DNA from: Adineta vaga
Lineage: Eukaryota > Animalia > Rotifera
Reading direction: 5' to 3'
Length of the DNA stretch: 64,000 nt
Assembly: GCA_021613535.1 (NCBI GenBank)
Contig: CP075496.1
Coordinates: 12,276,001-12,340,000, forward strand
Shown here: one piece after another, positions 40,046 through 56,199 of the stretch
How positions within the stretch are numbered: the first letter of the stretch is position 1
Layout of the letters: each line of letters begins with the position of its first letter
The notes under the pieces: generated by a model
Told to the model about the DNA's origin: nothing
Seen by the model: only the letters and a program-made list of their open reading frames with translations
Databases searched by the model: none
Program-made: the position numbers and the translations under genes

Positions 40046-40952
40046 AATAGACATCATTTGGATTTTTGTTTTGTTTTGTATATTGTGTCTTTATTTCTTG
40101 ATCTTTTTTTTTTCGTTCTTGTTGTTGTTGCTGCTCTTTATCTTTCTATTCCTCTTCAAATTGTCTATGATAGTGAGAAAAAGAAAACTTCCTCATTTTG
40201 TTTGTCTCATTATAACTAGCAGTTTTGGTATATGTCCCGTTTGTCTGCACAACGTTTTCTCACAGAAATAAAAGTCAAACTGCATGTATGATTATGATCA
40301 GTTCATAGAAATATTTTATCATTTGAACTATTCATCGATGTTCATATCAAAACGGAATATTCCAATGAAACTGATTTCAGTCAAGATTTGTAGCTAAGAT
40401 TGTATCGATTTTCCGTTGATAAACAGATCTTATTTGTAGAGCATAGAAAACTATATATGACAGGCGCTACCACATGGAATCATTATTACGAATAATAACG
40501 ACGTAGAAGAGGAAATACGACACTAAAAAGAAGAAAAGATAAGAATGTTAACGTCAAAACATTAGTTCGATTATAGAAATCCTAGAATGTTGTAAGTCCG
40601 TATAGAGTGATTTGATTAAATGCGACATCTAAAACAAGATTTTAAGCAATGGTAGAAATGATTGTCCAATTCGATCTTATCGAAAAGCGTACTTTTCGGT
40701 CAATTTTTCCTCTCGTTCTTTTTGTTGCACTCTATACAGCTGTATTTTTCTTCTGTTCTAGCAATCTGTCAAGGGCGCAACATATTGTCGAACATCATTT
40801 CATTCGTTTGTTGCGTTCGGGACGTACATACTACATAGAATAGAATACAATCTTGAAGAACATATTGACTGGGTACTTTAACCCGCCTTCTATTAATTCT
40901 TTTTTCATTATTTTAGATCAAATTTTATTTTTTCTAATTTTATTCACGTAAA

Positions 40953-43252
<2,300 letters not shown>

Positions 43253-44040
43253 AATCAACCCGGTGGATGAAATCACTAATTAGTTAGTTTTTTCTATTTC
43301 GTTTGAAAAACCATTTTTTAGTGAACATTTCTGTAGTCAGTATTTCTTTTAACGATTTCTTTAGTCTTATCTTTAGTTCTACGTATGTTCTTTTATTAAA
43401 TAAAAATAGATCTATCACATCGTATAGACCAGTTTAGATTGAATGTAAGATCGTTAGAGAGATAAATTTTGATTATATCAATCATAAACAAACCTTGATT
43501 AAGAGTATGGGTTGCACTTGACTATATTTGATTAAATCAAACTATGATATAGAATGATTGATTGACGGTAATTTATCGTTCATATTTAATCGTCTAACTT
43601 GTCTTCCTCGAGTATATGATATTGATGAATACTTTTAAACGATAATTTTACTCAAGGCTGTAATAACTACATGTCTCTTGATTGCAATATAATTATGTTT
43701 ACCCATAGTTATATGTTGATTAAATAAACTAGTTATTTTAAAACTTCAAGTTGTATATTGAGTTCTAATTGACGATGATGATAATATACAAAGTCTCTTA
43801 TTGATGTTATGATCAGAATGACTCCACCAAGATATGCTGGAAAAATGATCTTAAGAATAATATTTGAGGTTAAAAGTAATTCTAAAATAATTCAATTCAA
43901 TTTTCTGTGTCATTTAATTACATTTTAAAGTCACAGCATGAGAAAACTAGAGTAAATCTAAAGACTCTTTCTTCACAATGCTTTTAAGAAAATAATTATT
44001 TTTGCATATCAGATTAGTTCAAACAGATTTTAATACTTAC

Positions 44041-44919
44041 CGTTAATAGTCGAGATAGTTGTCGTGAATAAATTAGTGACTACATATGTTATATATGCAA
44101 TTTTAGAAGGATAAGATTTTTTGATGTTATCAATGGAGAGAATGATGATAGATCATCTGTTGTATGCACACTGTTGGTATTCAAGAAATATTTTTGAAAT
44201 AATCGACAATAAATCATTGCAAACTAATGAATTTAGTAATTAGAGACTAGTACGACGTGAATGACACTTAGTTTCAAAGTACTTATTTATCGTAGTTTTA
44301 GTAAATTAATATACCGAAAACATTATTTACAATCTTTATAGAAAAGCTAGTCTGTCGAATACTAAATCATTATATGGAAATCTAATTCGTTGTCTTCAAA
44401 TACTTCCATACAGATTATAATTCACTTACGTAGTATTTCACTGGAATAACTAACAGCTAAAGTTAGATTTATTGTTATCAGATTCTTTTCAAGGAAACAA
44501 ATATACTCTGATACATTAATACAAGTCATATTCTTAATTATCACCGATTGTCTGGTAAAGTTATAGTCCCTAAAACACGAATTTGTTGATATACTTGACC
44601 CGGGTTTTGATGAATAATAATAAGTACCGTTTAAAAAAACCTTTGCAAAGGACGCGATATTTGTTCTATTCGATTTACAGAAATCTTCAAAAGCAAGCCA
44701 ACAGATACTCACCTTGAATTGTCCATTTTCACATGATGGAAGTTGAACGTGAGAATAAGAAGAAATTTCATAATATTGTTTTCTATGATCGATGTTTCGA
44801 AAAGAAGGGTCAACGCAACCAATAGGTTCAGTCGTATTTTTAGTGTTATTCACTTGCGTCATAACACTCATTGATGCATACCAACTAATTAGCCATATAA
44901 GAAACATACTAAAGAGCAT
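44041..44919 (-). CDS. Ig V-like gene D, paralog of C; no TM exon found (secreted form or gene fragment)
   Basis: Exon 44919-44430 aligns without gaps to exon 1 of C (LIWLISWY, NTKNTTEP, QLPSCENGQF, DYNFTRQS, VSEYICF); only a short Thr-rich candidate exon near 44080-44041 follows. Confidence 0.65.
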
Positions 44920-45338
44920 TATGATTCGTTTGTATAATCTAAAAAAATTCTTCTCAAATGAAGCAACACATTCAACCATCACGATACAATACTACTGCAA
45001 TTGAAAAGGAGTCGTGAATTTGTTTCTAAACATCCAACAGAAATTGTTTCGATATTTTTTCATTTTTAAAGATAAAGCTAACATGTGTCAATAGTGTAGT
45101 TACTCACTTTGCTGCTCAGTGATGATAACGAATGTATTAGTGTGGTTGGAAATTTTCGAAAAAGCAGAAGATCTTTTTTGTGAATTGATGAAAAACTATG
45201 TAAAACAAGCTGCGAGACACTACATGTTCACTCTATCCAGTAGAGTGATTTACAATAACAAGTCAAAGATCAATATCAAATCACATTTCATTTATTTATA
45301 GAAAATAAAACTACAAAAGTACAACAAATACACTATAA

Positions 45339-45650
45339 TTAACCAATATTCTTATATCGCCGAATTTCTGTTGGTTTTGTTAAAAGATGACGAAGTTCTT
45401 CGCTCGCTTTATTAATAGCTTCACTCGTTAAATGTTGATCGAGTGCTTGTTCTGTAGACCATGCTTGTAGAAGTGTAACCTGCGCTTGTTCATTTATATT
45501 ATCACATAATTCATATTTTAAACATGTGCGTTCTTTTTTCGCTTCGGCGATCGTATCATAAAGAATCTTTTTCACATCTTCTGCTTTATCAGCAAGCGGC
45601 CAAAGATCAACAACAACATAGACAATGTCTTTTCTCGTATTTGTCGTCAT
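45339..45650 (-). CDS. ABM (antibiotic biosynthesis monooxygenase) / YgiN-like dimeric alpha-beta barrel protein
   Basis: 103-aa pattern VVVDL.P..DKAEDV...AKKERTCLKYEL...LLQAWSTEQALDQHL typical of ABM domains; 5'UTR intron ~45704-45651 ending just before ATG. Confidence 0.8.
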   Translation of the reverse strand: MTTNTRKDIVYVVVDLWPLADKAEDVKKILYDTIAEAKKERTCLKYELCDNINEQAQVTLLQAWSTEQALDQHLTSEAINKASEELRHLLTKPTEIRRYKNIG

Positions 45651-47127
45651 CTAGGACAATACGTTCTAATTAGAAAATATGAACATGATAAATATACTCC
45701 TTACCAAGATAAATTTGAACTAGAATTTTTCTTTTGAAATAAAAAAAAAGAGTAGAAGGATACTTCTTCTTCTTCTTCTTCTTTCTGATGAGTAACTGAC
45801 AAGAAAGAAAATGAGGATTTGTTGGTGACAAGCAAAATGAGCGAGAGGGAGAGAATTGAAAACATCACTCATCTTCTCCTTCATTTCATTTCATTTGCCA
45901 CTCTTACTTTTTTCATGCATGATAATTACTTCTTTGCGACATTGAAAGATTGAAAGAAAAGAAAAGAAGAAAAAATGAAAATAATATTTATGAGTTCTTG
46001 TCAGATATGTAGCAAAAATTAGCATCATCTTCACTTACTTCGTTTCTTAGTTACAAACAGTTTTCACGATAATCCCAACTAGGCATTTTTTTTTCATTAA
46101 AATAGCTAACATCTCTGTTCAGTACGACATGGATATCTGCATATTTACTTGAAGTAACGTATTTAAGATTATTAAAGATCCTCGAAGAGAATATCTCGAA
46201 GCAATGTCATTAAGATTCAAAAATTTAACATTCATTACTGTGAATGAATGTTTTATCTAAGATTGTCTTGAATATAATTTATATTGACAGAAAATAAAAT
46301 GAAGCATCATTTTGAATAGTTTTTTAAATTTTTGATTTGAATTATATTATTCATGTATGATAGATAATGTTTCGTCGAAGTCGTAGGAGAAAAAGAATTG
46401 AACTGTTGTTTTTATACGTTCCTGACAGCTTGTAAAATTCTGTATGTGACATCAGATTCGAATGGAAATAATTTTAAATGAGAAAATTATGAAAAGCAGT
46501 AAATTACTTTAAACCAAATAGAAAGAATATTGTTTTATTAATTCAAACATAATATCAGAAAAAAAGGAATAATCCTACATGCTTCAGTGACCTAAGAGAA
46601 AGATCTTTGCAAAAAAAATGTAACCTATAGTAGTTTAAAACAAAAGCTAAAACAAATCATAGTAGAATAAGCGATCGTTTTATCAAACATATTTCATATA
46701 TATTCTTATTAATTAAGTTTAATATAGTATTTCGTGTAGTCTTTGAAATTGATCTATTACACTACATTGTTATGTGTCAATGATCAAAAGTAATCAAATA
46801 AACTCTACTCTATCGAACTAATATAGTAATTGGCTAAATTTATCAGCCAATCACAAATGTTCTCTCGAACCTTTATGATGAACAATCATTAATAGACATT
46901 TCATTTCTCTGTAGAAATTCATTTTTGATAACTGACCATTTTCTATATATATATATTATTCTTTTTTTAATTATTTATCGTTTCTAAATGAAATAACCAA
47001 TGAAAATAAATGAGATCTTTTTTTGTTCTTTGCAATTATTTCTTATTAAATATTATATATATATACTCAACACTGTTGTCATTCCAGAAGAATGAATTTT
47101 GCTTGAATAAATAGGAAACTTTCGACA

Positions 47128-50100
47128 ATGGTTAGTATTGCACATTGGCTAGATACATTTACATGTAGTAAATATGCTGATCGTTTTGAACGGTCTGGTT
47201 ATCAAAACATACATTCAGTAAGTTGATTTGCTCATCTAATATGAATAATTTTTCTCAAAATGATTTTCAATAGGTATGCCGATTAACTACTGCTCAGTTA
47301 CAATCATTAGGTGTAGCAAATAATGATATTTACACAATAATGGACAATATTTTACTTTTAAAACAAAGTCTTAAAAGTTTGTCTCTATAAGAAAAAAATA
47401 GAATTCTTTTTTTTCTATATTGATTATATAATAGGTTTAAGTCCAACATCATATCTTGATCTCAATTCTGAACCACCAATATCAACTACTCGTTCTCGCA
47501 CAGGTATTTTATTCTTCATAATGTCTACTTTTTTTCTTAATTTCATAATTTATTTCTTATCTCAAACAAATAGCTAGTCCAGCTATGAATACGCTCAATC
47601 GAACAATGAGTCAAAATCCAACAGCCTATTCTCCTGGACCTCATGTTAGTACACCACCAGCAAGTAGTGGTCCATCACCGGATCGTGTTCTTCCCGGTCC
47701 ACCTACATTCGATACTCCACCTGCTTATCATCGTTCTAATTCATATGCTAATCCAGTTAATCCAAATACATTTTTTGATATAAGTCCATCATCTTCAACA
47801 TCATCACCACATCGATCAACATCAATTGATGCTTTACCTCCACAGATGGAACAAGCACCATTCAATGATTATATGCCACAGCCACCTCCGTCACATCCTC
47901 CTCATCAATTTCAACCACCTGGAATGATGTATCGTGGTATAACTCCTCCTGGCGGAGGTTATTATAATCCACAACCTCCACGTTATTACTCACCTGATCC
48001 ACAACAACAGCAACAACAACAACAGCAGCAACATTTTATGTATCCAAATCAACGAATGATGATGCATCCACAACAACAACATCCACCATGGGGTGGACAT
48101 CGACCACCCTTGCCACCACATCCAATGCACTATCATCCATATGAACATCATCAATATCGTATGCCACCATCGCAACAATTCTGTCATCCAAATCAGCCAA
48201 TTATGTCAGATCAAAATTCAATGTTTATGAATCAACCTCAGCAACAACAACAACAAAATATGAATTCATCTACATCTAATAAATTATCAAATACAGGTGA
48301 AACACATCCACATCCATTACAATCGCTGGAAAGGCTAGTACTTTTACCCGAATCACAGGTACTTTTCTAAAGCAGAAAAAAAGTTGTTTTTCGATCTTTC
48401 TATTCGCTTATATTTCGTACATGTAGGTTATTGATCCAAAAAGTGTCGTTAATGAAATTCATGATCCACAATCACCATTTAGTGAATCTTTATCCCCATA
48501 TGGTACACTATCACCCAAAAATTCGGTTTCAACACCACCAACCGCTACTGTTGTTAGTAATTTACTAACTAACGATAAATCTGTCATTGATCCACATGCA
48601 AAAACATCTGGTGGTTTAAAACGTAGTTCAACACATGATGAACGAAACGAGTTAAATAAGAAAAATCGTATGAATACAACCAATGATATGAATACAGGAG
48701 ATTCAATTATAAGTAATCATCCAGTTGTAACGAGTTTATTAACGAGAGGATTGAATAATTCAACATCACAAGCACCATTACCATCGATAAAATCATTACA
48801 ACAAAAACATAATCCATCATTTCTTCAGCATCAGCAGCAACAGCAAGCTCAACAAATGATATTTCCATCAAGTCAACCAGATTTACAACCATTTGTTGAT
48901 GGATTAATTGATGAAGAGATTGACTTTAAAACAGAATATATTGAACAAGATTATGAACGATTAATGACAACACTTCGATTGACTATTGCTACAAATTATA
49001 CAGCTCAAAGGATATCAAAGTAAGTGGGAAGCGTAAGGATCAGTATTTTTTCGATTGATACTATTTTTTGTGTTGATAAACTATATTTAATCAACTATTC
49101 TTCTTTTATTTAGTTCAAATACAGTCATAATTCCATCGCAGTTAGATGGTGTATCTGAATCACCGAGTGCTACATCAAAATCAAGTACACGGACATCGAG
49201 AAAACGTGATCTATCCACATCGTCTGAACGTGGAACCTCGAATAGTGAAAATCGAAGTTCTTCTTCTATAAAACCACAACTAGATAAATCAAATAGTGAT
49301 ACAATATGTTCATCATCGAATGGAATTGAAAAGAAACGTAATGGTTCTTCGACTAATAATCATCATAAATCTTCAAAACGACGCTTTTCGGAAAATAATT
49401 CTGAATTAACAAGTCCAATCAATGGTCATCATTCAAGGTCTATCTCACCAAAAATTCAAAAACCAAAAGTTATTCAATCACCAACTCATTCTGATATGAA
49501 TGATGAAACGAATTCATCTTCACAATCTGTATCACGAAAAGTTACAACAGATAATTCAACTAAACCAATTCGTGAAGCTAAGAAACGTTCATTAATTTAT
49601 ACTGGTAATACGCGGCTCTTCTTAGAAACTGCTATTGCTGCTGGTTTAATGGCAGATAATGGCGATGAAGAAGATGAAGATAATGAATATGTACCACCAG
49701 GCGGAACGATTATTAGTCATCCAAAACGTTCACTTCCATCGTCGTCGTCGTCTTCCTCTTCTTCCTCCTCCTCCTCCTCCTCATCATCATCATCATCGTC
49801 ATCGTCATCGTCATCGGAAAGTGAAGATGAATCAACAAAAAGCAGTGCAGAAAACAGTACTAATGATGAAGATGATAGTGATGATGACGATAAAGAAGGA
49901 AAAGGAGAAGATGCAGAAAATAATGACGAAAGTTGTAAAGATGAGAAGAAAAGTGTTGATGGAATGGTTGTCAATGAAGAACCAAGTGAAAGTGGTATTA
50001 ATTGGAATGTACGAAATCGTCCTCAACGACAAACACATCTTATTCGTTTTGATGGCATAACAAAAGAAGATGGTAAAGAAATATCCATAAAAATTTTCTT

Positions 50101-51306
50101 CTTTTTACTTTTCTTTTCTTAGAACAAAACTTTTTTGGAGCATTAGAAGAACAAGTTCCTGGATTAGCAGCATATTTAAACGAAAATTCCGATGATGAAT
50201 ATCAATTGAACACAAAAGAACCTTCAGATAATCCAAATAAATCAGCTCGAAAATCTTCATCGAAAAAATCTCAACGAAATCAATCAAAAGATATTCCTGA
50301 ACAAGATGAACAAACAGTGGAAATCATAAAAAAATTTCGTCATGTCAATGTTCCATCGAAAAGAAGATCGACGAAAAAAACACTTTCAAATGAAACATCA
50401 ACAATTTCAATGAAAAATCGTCCAGATGAATTATATGTTATTCTCAATGATGATATTACACGTAGTGTTGTGCCAGGTACACATTTAGAAACATCTACAA
50501 CTACAAAGAAAAATTCAACGATTCAATCGTTTCATTTCTCTCGAAAACAAGTCAAAATGAATACCGTAGAAGATTCGAAAGCTCCATGGAGATGTATTTT
50601 ATGTTGGAAAGAACCTTATGAAGATTATTTGGGTCCACTATTTGGTCCATATCAATTGAATGAACAATGTCAGGGATATCTTCAAAAGAGTATGACATTC
50701 GTTGTTGATCAATAATCTTGGAAAATATGATTTCTTTTAGATAAACAATTAGCAAAACATTATAGAAAATTAAAAGAAGTTTGGCTACATCGAGATTGTG
50801 CCTTATGGAATAATCATATTCAAATGAATTCAACTACTGGAGAACTTATACAAGTGTCAGACGCATGTATGACATATCTTGATATTGTAAGGATAATGTC
50901 TTCTTTATCTATCTATATCTATATATATATATATATATATCATATAAAATATATACCTTCTTTGTAGACATGTACTATATGTAAGATACCTGGTTCAGCA
51001 TTAGCATGTCGGTATCGAAATTGTAAAATTCGATATCATTATCCATGTGCAAAAACAATTGGTAAATGATAATTATCTGTTCAATGATAATAAAATTCAT
51101 TATTTTTCTCTTCTAGTTGATGGTCGATTGATTGAAGAAAGTTATTCAATTTATTGTCCTAAACATAATCAAGTAGGATAAATATAATTTTATTCCGTAT
51201 TTTTTTAATCAATATTTCGGTTTAGATCAATCATAATAGGTTGAAGAAAGTTCAAGCTAAATCAATGACAACTGTACATGATTCTCAAGATTCATTGATA
51301 ACTTAA
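47128..51306 (+). CDS. SAM-domain + extended PHD finger (RAI1/TCF20-type) chromatin protein, multi-exon
   Basis: N-terminus SIAHWLDTFTCSKYADRFERSGY...LTTAQLQSLGV (SAM); P/Q-rich and poly-Ser/acidic middle; C-terminus CILC..LGPLFGPY..VWLHRDCALW..CTICKIPGSALACRYRNC..YHYPCA..IYCPKH. Confidence 0.82.
49737..49816 (+). repeat. Compound trinucleotide repeat (TCG/TCC/TCA) encoding poly-Ser
   Basis: Run of ~26 Ser codons within ORF 49496-50122. Confidence 0.9.
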
Positions 51307-51481
51307 TTTATTTATATTAATCTATTTGAAAATTCTGTATAACTACTATTCTTTTTTCTCTCTGTATGTTTGTTTTCGTGTTAAAAGTTTTTTTTTTTGA
51401 AACCATAAAAAACAACAATTGATTAATATAACACATTTCAAGTTTGATGTATAAAAACAAAAATTTCTGTTTGTATCGAAG

Positions 51482-51938
51482 ATGATTAACAGTGAAATAC
51501 AGACACAATCACCTTGTATTGAAGAACTCAAATGGGGATCGATGAAAGTCAAAGGTTTTCCTTCCGGTAAAGATTTCAAATTGTTTCCTGGAGGTAAAAT
51601 CTCATCGTTCTATTTGTTTATGATTGTATAGTATGGTTTTGAATATTTAAGGAGCAGAAGAATGGGATTGGAGTAAATCGAATACTCATCATGTTCCAGG
51701 TATTCAGCCGGAAGATGTCGAATATTTATTGGAGAAAAAGGCGAAATATATTGTATTATCAAGAGGCATGAAAAATCAATTGAAAATAGCAACAGAAACA
51801 GAAGATCTTCTTAAAGAAAAAGGCATGCAACTGAATGTAGATTATTTTATTGAGACTACTCAAGATGCACATCAACGTTATAATCAACTTGCTGAAGAAA
51901 ACAAACCTGTTGGTGCATTAATACACTCAACTTGTTAA
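51482..51938 (+). CDS. AAMDC: Mth938-domain protein (AAMDC), one intron ~51594-51651
   Basis: SPCIEELKWGSMKV..KDFKLFPGGAEEWDWSKSNTHHVPGIQPEDV...SRGM...YNQL...VGALIHSTC*. Confidence 0.92.
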
Positions 51939-53742
51939 TTTACTTTTTACTTATCTTTCCGTTTCTTTATGTATAAAAAAAAATTTTCTTTTGAATAAAT
52001 TCAATCGACTTTTTTCTTAATAATACTCTTCTAACAAGTTCATTCTCATTGTCTCATTCAATAATAATACTATTCATTAGGGAATGAACTTAAATATAAG
52101 TATATTCTTTCAATCTCTCTCTTCTTTGTCGAAATGTCGTTGATGGTTCATCCTTAGTTTTATTCAAAAGATTTCTCTTTTAAACAAAATTAGATTCTCA
52201 TCATAAATGTAGATGAAGAGACATCCAATGTCTCTTTCTCCATCTCATATTGTGTCGATCTATTTCTCTTGTTATATTGGACATGTAATTGACAGTACCA
52301 ATCGTTTATTCTCTTGTGATTTTCATGACGATGCTATATATATATATATAAAATTGAGAAGAGACCAAAGTAGAATAAATGACGAACTAATAGAGTTGCA
52401 TCGTTATTATATGCAAGGAATAATTTTCACACATATGTACGCAATATTCAACAAGTAAGTAAGTAAGTCATTATTATCTGATCATCCCAATTGTGAATAA
52501 ATGTTTTATGTAAGAAATTTAATCATTTTGTGGGATATTATGTAGACAAATGGTATAGAAATGTTTTATTTGCTAACTGACATCGAAGAAGACTATTGAC
52601 TATTAACATCACCATTATCTTTATTGACAATGAACAACAGTTTAGAAGATTGCTTATTTCAAATAGCCGTTTGTCAGTCATCTTTTTAAGTTCTTTTTCT
52701 TCTTTTATTTCGTTCGCTGTTCTTCTTCTTCTGCTAGTTTATTGTAATAATGCAAATAACGTTTCTTTTCTCTTTTGTATACGCTTACTAATTGAGAAGA
52801 GAGAAGAAGAAGAAATCAGAGATTTTTTCAAGTATTAAATGCCGATTGATATATACTATTCAGAAACTGAATGAACCTTTTGATGAAAGAGAGAAAAAGA
52901 ATCGGAATAGGTTTTTTTCCTTTGTAAAGACCTATTCTTCATTTTTTCTCCTTCTTTCAAAAAAACAAAATTCCGCCTTCGATCGATTGATATTTAACGC
53001 TTGAAATTCTAGATCATATAAAAAAAGGACAAAAACATCAGGTTAAGCAGCTGGATTGCTAATTGATTTTTATCTTTGTCAACTGCTGCTGCTATCTCCG
53101 CCCTTTTCTTCCTTATTTATTATTCAACCAACTAGTTTATATATATATGTATGAAAACTAGCTTGTCTAACACGCAAATGATGGCGAACTTATCGCTCGC
53201 TTGACTTATCTATCAGCACATTTGGTGTTAATCATCATTGATGACAGGATTGATGGCAAATGATCATATCGTGCAATAAATGACAAACAAGCAATTCTAA
53301 TGATAACAAGTAAGAATCATATACATATCCCACTAGTTATTTATAGGTATCAATTTGGATACTATGGGCCTAGATTTTTTATATAACAAGTTAGTGGTTT
53401 ATATTTTATTTTTCTATTTAATATAAAGATACTTTTCTGAGACAGATTCATAGAATAATGGAAAATGAATCATCTCGGCTAATGATGAGACATCATGTTT
53501 TGTTCGTATATTAAAGAACAGTTGCTGCGTTTTGTATGTGTTTCTCTCAATCTTAATGATATTGACGCTTTAACAGTTGAATAATATCTGAATAGAAAAT
53601 ATGTTAACATATTTTAAATGACTGTTGATATTTAGACAGACGATATCCGTTGCTTTTTCGCCTTCTCATCCTGTTTTAGTATTGTTGTTATTTAATCAAA
53701 TAAATAAAATATTTCTAGCAGAACATGAGAGAAAAAGACAAG

Positions 53743-53770
<28 letters not shown>
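53743..53770. repeat. (GA)n microsatellite
   Basis: Direct GA run; similar GA/TA runs at ~9477-9497, ~9555-9572, ~50920-50940, ~56884-56900. Confidence 0.9.
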
Positions 53771-53777
<7 letters not shown>

Positions 53778-54354
53778 ATAGAAATAGAAAAAAATGAGCT
53801 GAATGAACGAAGACAACAAATCGATTCATCTCATGCACCAGCTTCTCAATTTATCTCTATACTGATTGTTTGCTTATTAGCATAGTTGAAGAAATTTCCC
53901 CATGTCATAGGCAACTAGATCTGATAGATATAGATTTGTTTCTTGTTTTTTTCTTCTTTCTCTCTAAATGATGCTTGCATAAAAACGAGTGATTTATACT
54001 CTCTACAAGATCTACTAGTAACTGCATCTAAAATATAAGAATGACAAAGTAAACGAAGGAATCAAATATATTTTTATTCGTCTCTTTTTTTTCTTCAAAT
54101 GTTTTTCTAACATCAGGTAAATATAATTTATTTTATGTAGAATGAATCAATATTTATTACATATAGGTACCTTTCATGTCCGAATGGAATCGATTTGTAT
54201 TTTGATTAAAAAATTTGACCCGATTTGAACTTGTTATTTTTTCATTTCTAGATTCATCTACATAATGTATATCATGAACTTATTTATTATTCAAATGAAT
54301 AATATTTATCAATATGTATAAAATAGATTGATTTTCACACTAGGATGAATATCA

Positions 54355-56199
54355 ATGGCAGATTTAAGTACATTTTCATTATTAACAAGTAGTATTAATC
54401 CATTAAATTCTGATAAATTCTTCACAAACAGTTCATCACGATCAATAACAACAACAACCACAAATAGAACCAATGGCGTCGCAGAATTAACTAAAACTCT
54501 TGTACCAGAAAAATATCAAGTAATTCTATTAAGTTTTGCATATGGAATTATATCTTTACTTGCTGTAATCGGTAATACTTGTATTATTTATATTGTTTTA
54601 CGTAATCGACGAATGCGTTCCGTAACAAATTATTTCATCTGTAATTTAGCTCTTTCCGATTGTTTAGTTGCTTGTTTTGCTGTCCCATTTCAAGTATAGT
54701 ATTCTTTTTCTTTTAATCGATGTAAATAATATCTTCGTTTCTAGTTTCAAGCAGCTGTTCTACAAAAATGGGTATTACCAAAATTTCTCTGCAAATTAGC
54801 ACCATTTGTTCAAATACTTTCTGTTGATGTATCAATTTATACATTAGTTGTCGTTTCACTTGATCGCTATCATGTCATGTTACATCCATTAAAACCAAAA
54901 TTATCGACAAGAAGTGCATTTATTATATTTATTATCATTTGGCTTATAGCATTAGGATCATCTATCCCTAGTTTAATATTTTATAATGTCTATTTTATCG
55001 ATAATTTCGGTTATCAATGTTTACCATATCCTTATGAAGCTCAGCATGATAATTCAACAAGAAATTCTTATGAAATTCAACGAATTTATATTGTTTACAA
55101 TATTTATTCACAATATGTTATACCTTTTGTAATCATAAGTGTTGCTTATTTTCGTATTGCATCGCATTTATATTTTTCTAAACCTGTTGGCCAAACAAAA
55201 CATCAAGAAGTTATTGCTCGCAATAAACGTAAAGTAAGATTAATGGATATTACCTTGAGAAATGATTGATAGAATAAATACATTACATCGTAAAAATACA
55301 GTCAAAACGAACGAAATTTGATCGTGTCTCGATAATATTTTCATCGACTGACTGATCGATTGAAAAACTAATGATTTTGTCAAAAGTTTTATTTAATAAT
55401 CTCAAAGTTAACTAAATAATTCGTCAAGGTCAAATCTTTTTTTGTTTTTTTCTAGGTATTAAAAATGCTCTTTCTTGTTGTGGCTCTATTTCTTATCTGT
55501 TGGTTTCCTTTACAATTATATAATTTTTTGAATGTTTATAAACCTGAAATTAATGAGTATGTTTCGTATGTAAATAGATCAACTAGAATATTGCTCTTTT
55601 TGTTTCGGTTAGTTTTAAACATATTATCGTTTTATGGTTATGTGCTAATTGGTTAGCAATGTCAAATTCATGTCATAATCCATTCATTTATGGATTTTGT
55701 AGTGTATGTTGTTGAATTTTCATCAATCCATCAGTTTAGTTCATCGATTGTACTTTTTTTCTAGGCAAAATTTAATTTAGAATTTCGAAAATTATTCTCT
55801 TGTTTACCATGTATTGGTGCATCTCAATTAGATACTGATCTACCTAGTAAAAATCATCCAAGTTTACAGTCATCAAAACAATCTCAATCGAAAGCACAAT
55901 CAAAAAATACCAATCATCAAAGATATTCATCTAATTCATCGAATGTTTCACCACGAGGCGGCCAACAATCTCGTCAGAATACCAAAGATAACCAAATTAT
56001 ATTAGCTACATATGAAAAAGGACATCGAAATAAAAAATCTAATCGATTTTTTGCCACACATAATCATTATTATAGTTCAAAAAAAGATCGATCAATAATT
56101 AATTGCGAAAAATTTCTACCGGATCAAGATTTAACAAATACGACTAAAGAAAACGATTTATTATTAATTCAAGCACGACAACCAAATCGTTTTGTGTAG
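54355..56199 (+). CDS. Neuropeptide GPCR, leucokinin/lymnokinin receptor type, 5 coding exons
   Basis: GN in TM1, RMRSVTNYFICNLALSD, PFQFQAAVLQKW (kinin-receptor signature), LDRY, CWFPLQLY, WLAMSNSCHNPFIY. Confidence 0.85.

Noticed and set aside
45750-45765. GTATCCTT on minus strand upstream of ABM gene (U12 donor-like)
   Set aside because: No TCCTTAAC-type branch site downstream; a normal GTAAG donor at ~45704 explains the UTR intron.
49659-50060. Poly-Asp/Glu antisense ORF and poly-Pro/His alternative-frame ORF
   Set aside because: Readings of the poly-Ser trinucleotide repeat in other frames.
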